This document shows positions 63,954 through 64,000 of a stretch of 64,000 nucleotides of DNA, in pieces (within the stretch, counting starts at the first letter, position 1; the number at the start of each line of letters is the position of its first letter). Source of the stretch: Octopus bimaculoides (lineage: Eukaryota). The position numbers and the translations under genes are program-made. The stretch is taken from positions 15,390,805 through 15,454,804 of the forward strand of contig NC_068992.1 of the NCBI RefSeq assembly GCF_001194135.2, in the 5' to 3' direction. The notes beneath the pieces are model-generated. The model searched no databases, was not told the DNA's origin, and was given only the letters and a program-made list of their open reading frames with translations.

Positions 63954-64000
<47 letters not shown>

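Noticed and set aside
1-64000. CRISPR arrays, rRNA, LTR retrotransposon or prokaryotic operon structure
   Set aside because: No regularly spaced repeat-spacer array, rRNA-like sequence, LTR pair with PBS/PPT or gene-dense region was seen.

Overview
AT-rich, repeat-dense eukaryotic non-coding DNA with nine N gaps, most flanked by (TA)n. The microsatellite load and SINE types suggest an octopus or related coleoid genome; this is inference from recalled repeat sequences, not a search. I can support no intact protein-coding gene: nearly all long ORFs in the track are microsatellite or gap artefacts. Recognisable content: (i) a ~2.1 kb decayed Dong/R4-type non-LTR retrotransposon (RT, zinc knuckle, REL endonuclease) plus a second 3' stub, both ending in (TAA)n; (ii) a Penelope-like GIY-YIG fragment; (iii) RTE and L1/Tx1-like relics; (iv) three groups of tRNA-derived SINEs (about 25 copies or fragments); (v) pogo-, hAT- and mariner-type MITEs. 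The most interesting signals are a 348 bp palindrome with a minimal hammerhead-ribozyme-like motif in each arm, a second hammerhead-like motif at 22.6 kb, and a tRNA-like gene with a Pol III terminator boxed by exact 29 bp direct repeats. Also notable are repeated same-site retroinsertions, modular SINE tail swapping, and a low-confidence chain of possible + strand exons about 10 kb apart. Element boundaries were read by eye and are approximate unless a TSD or TIR is quoted.
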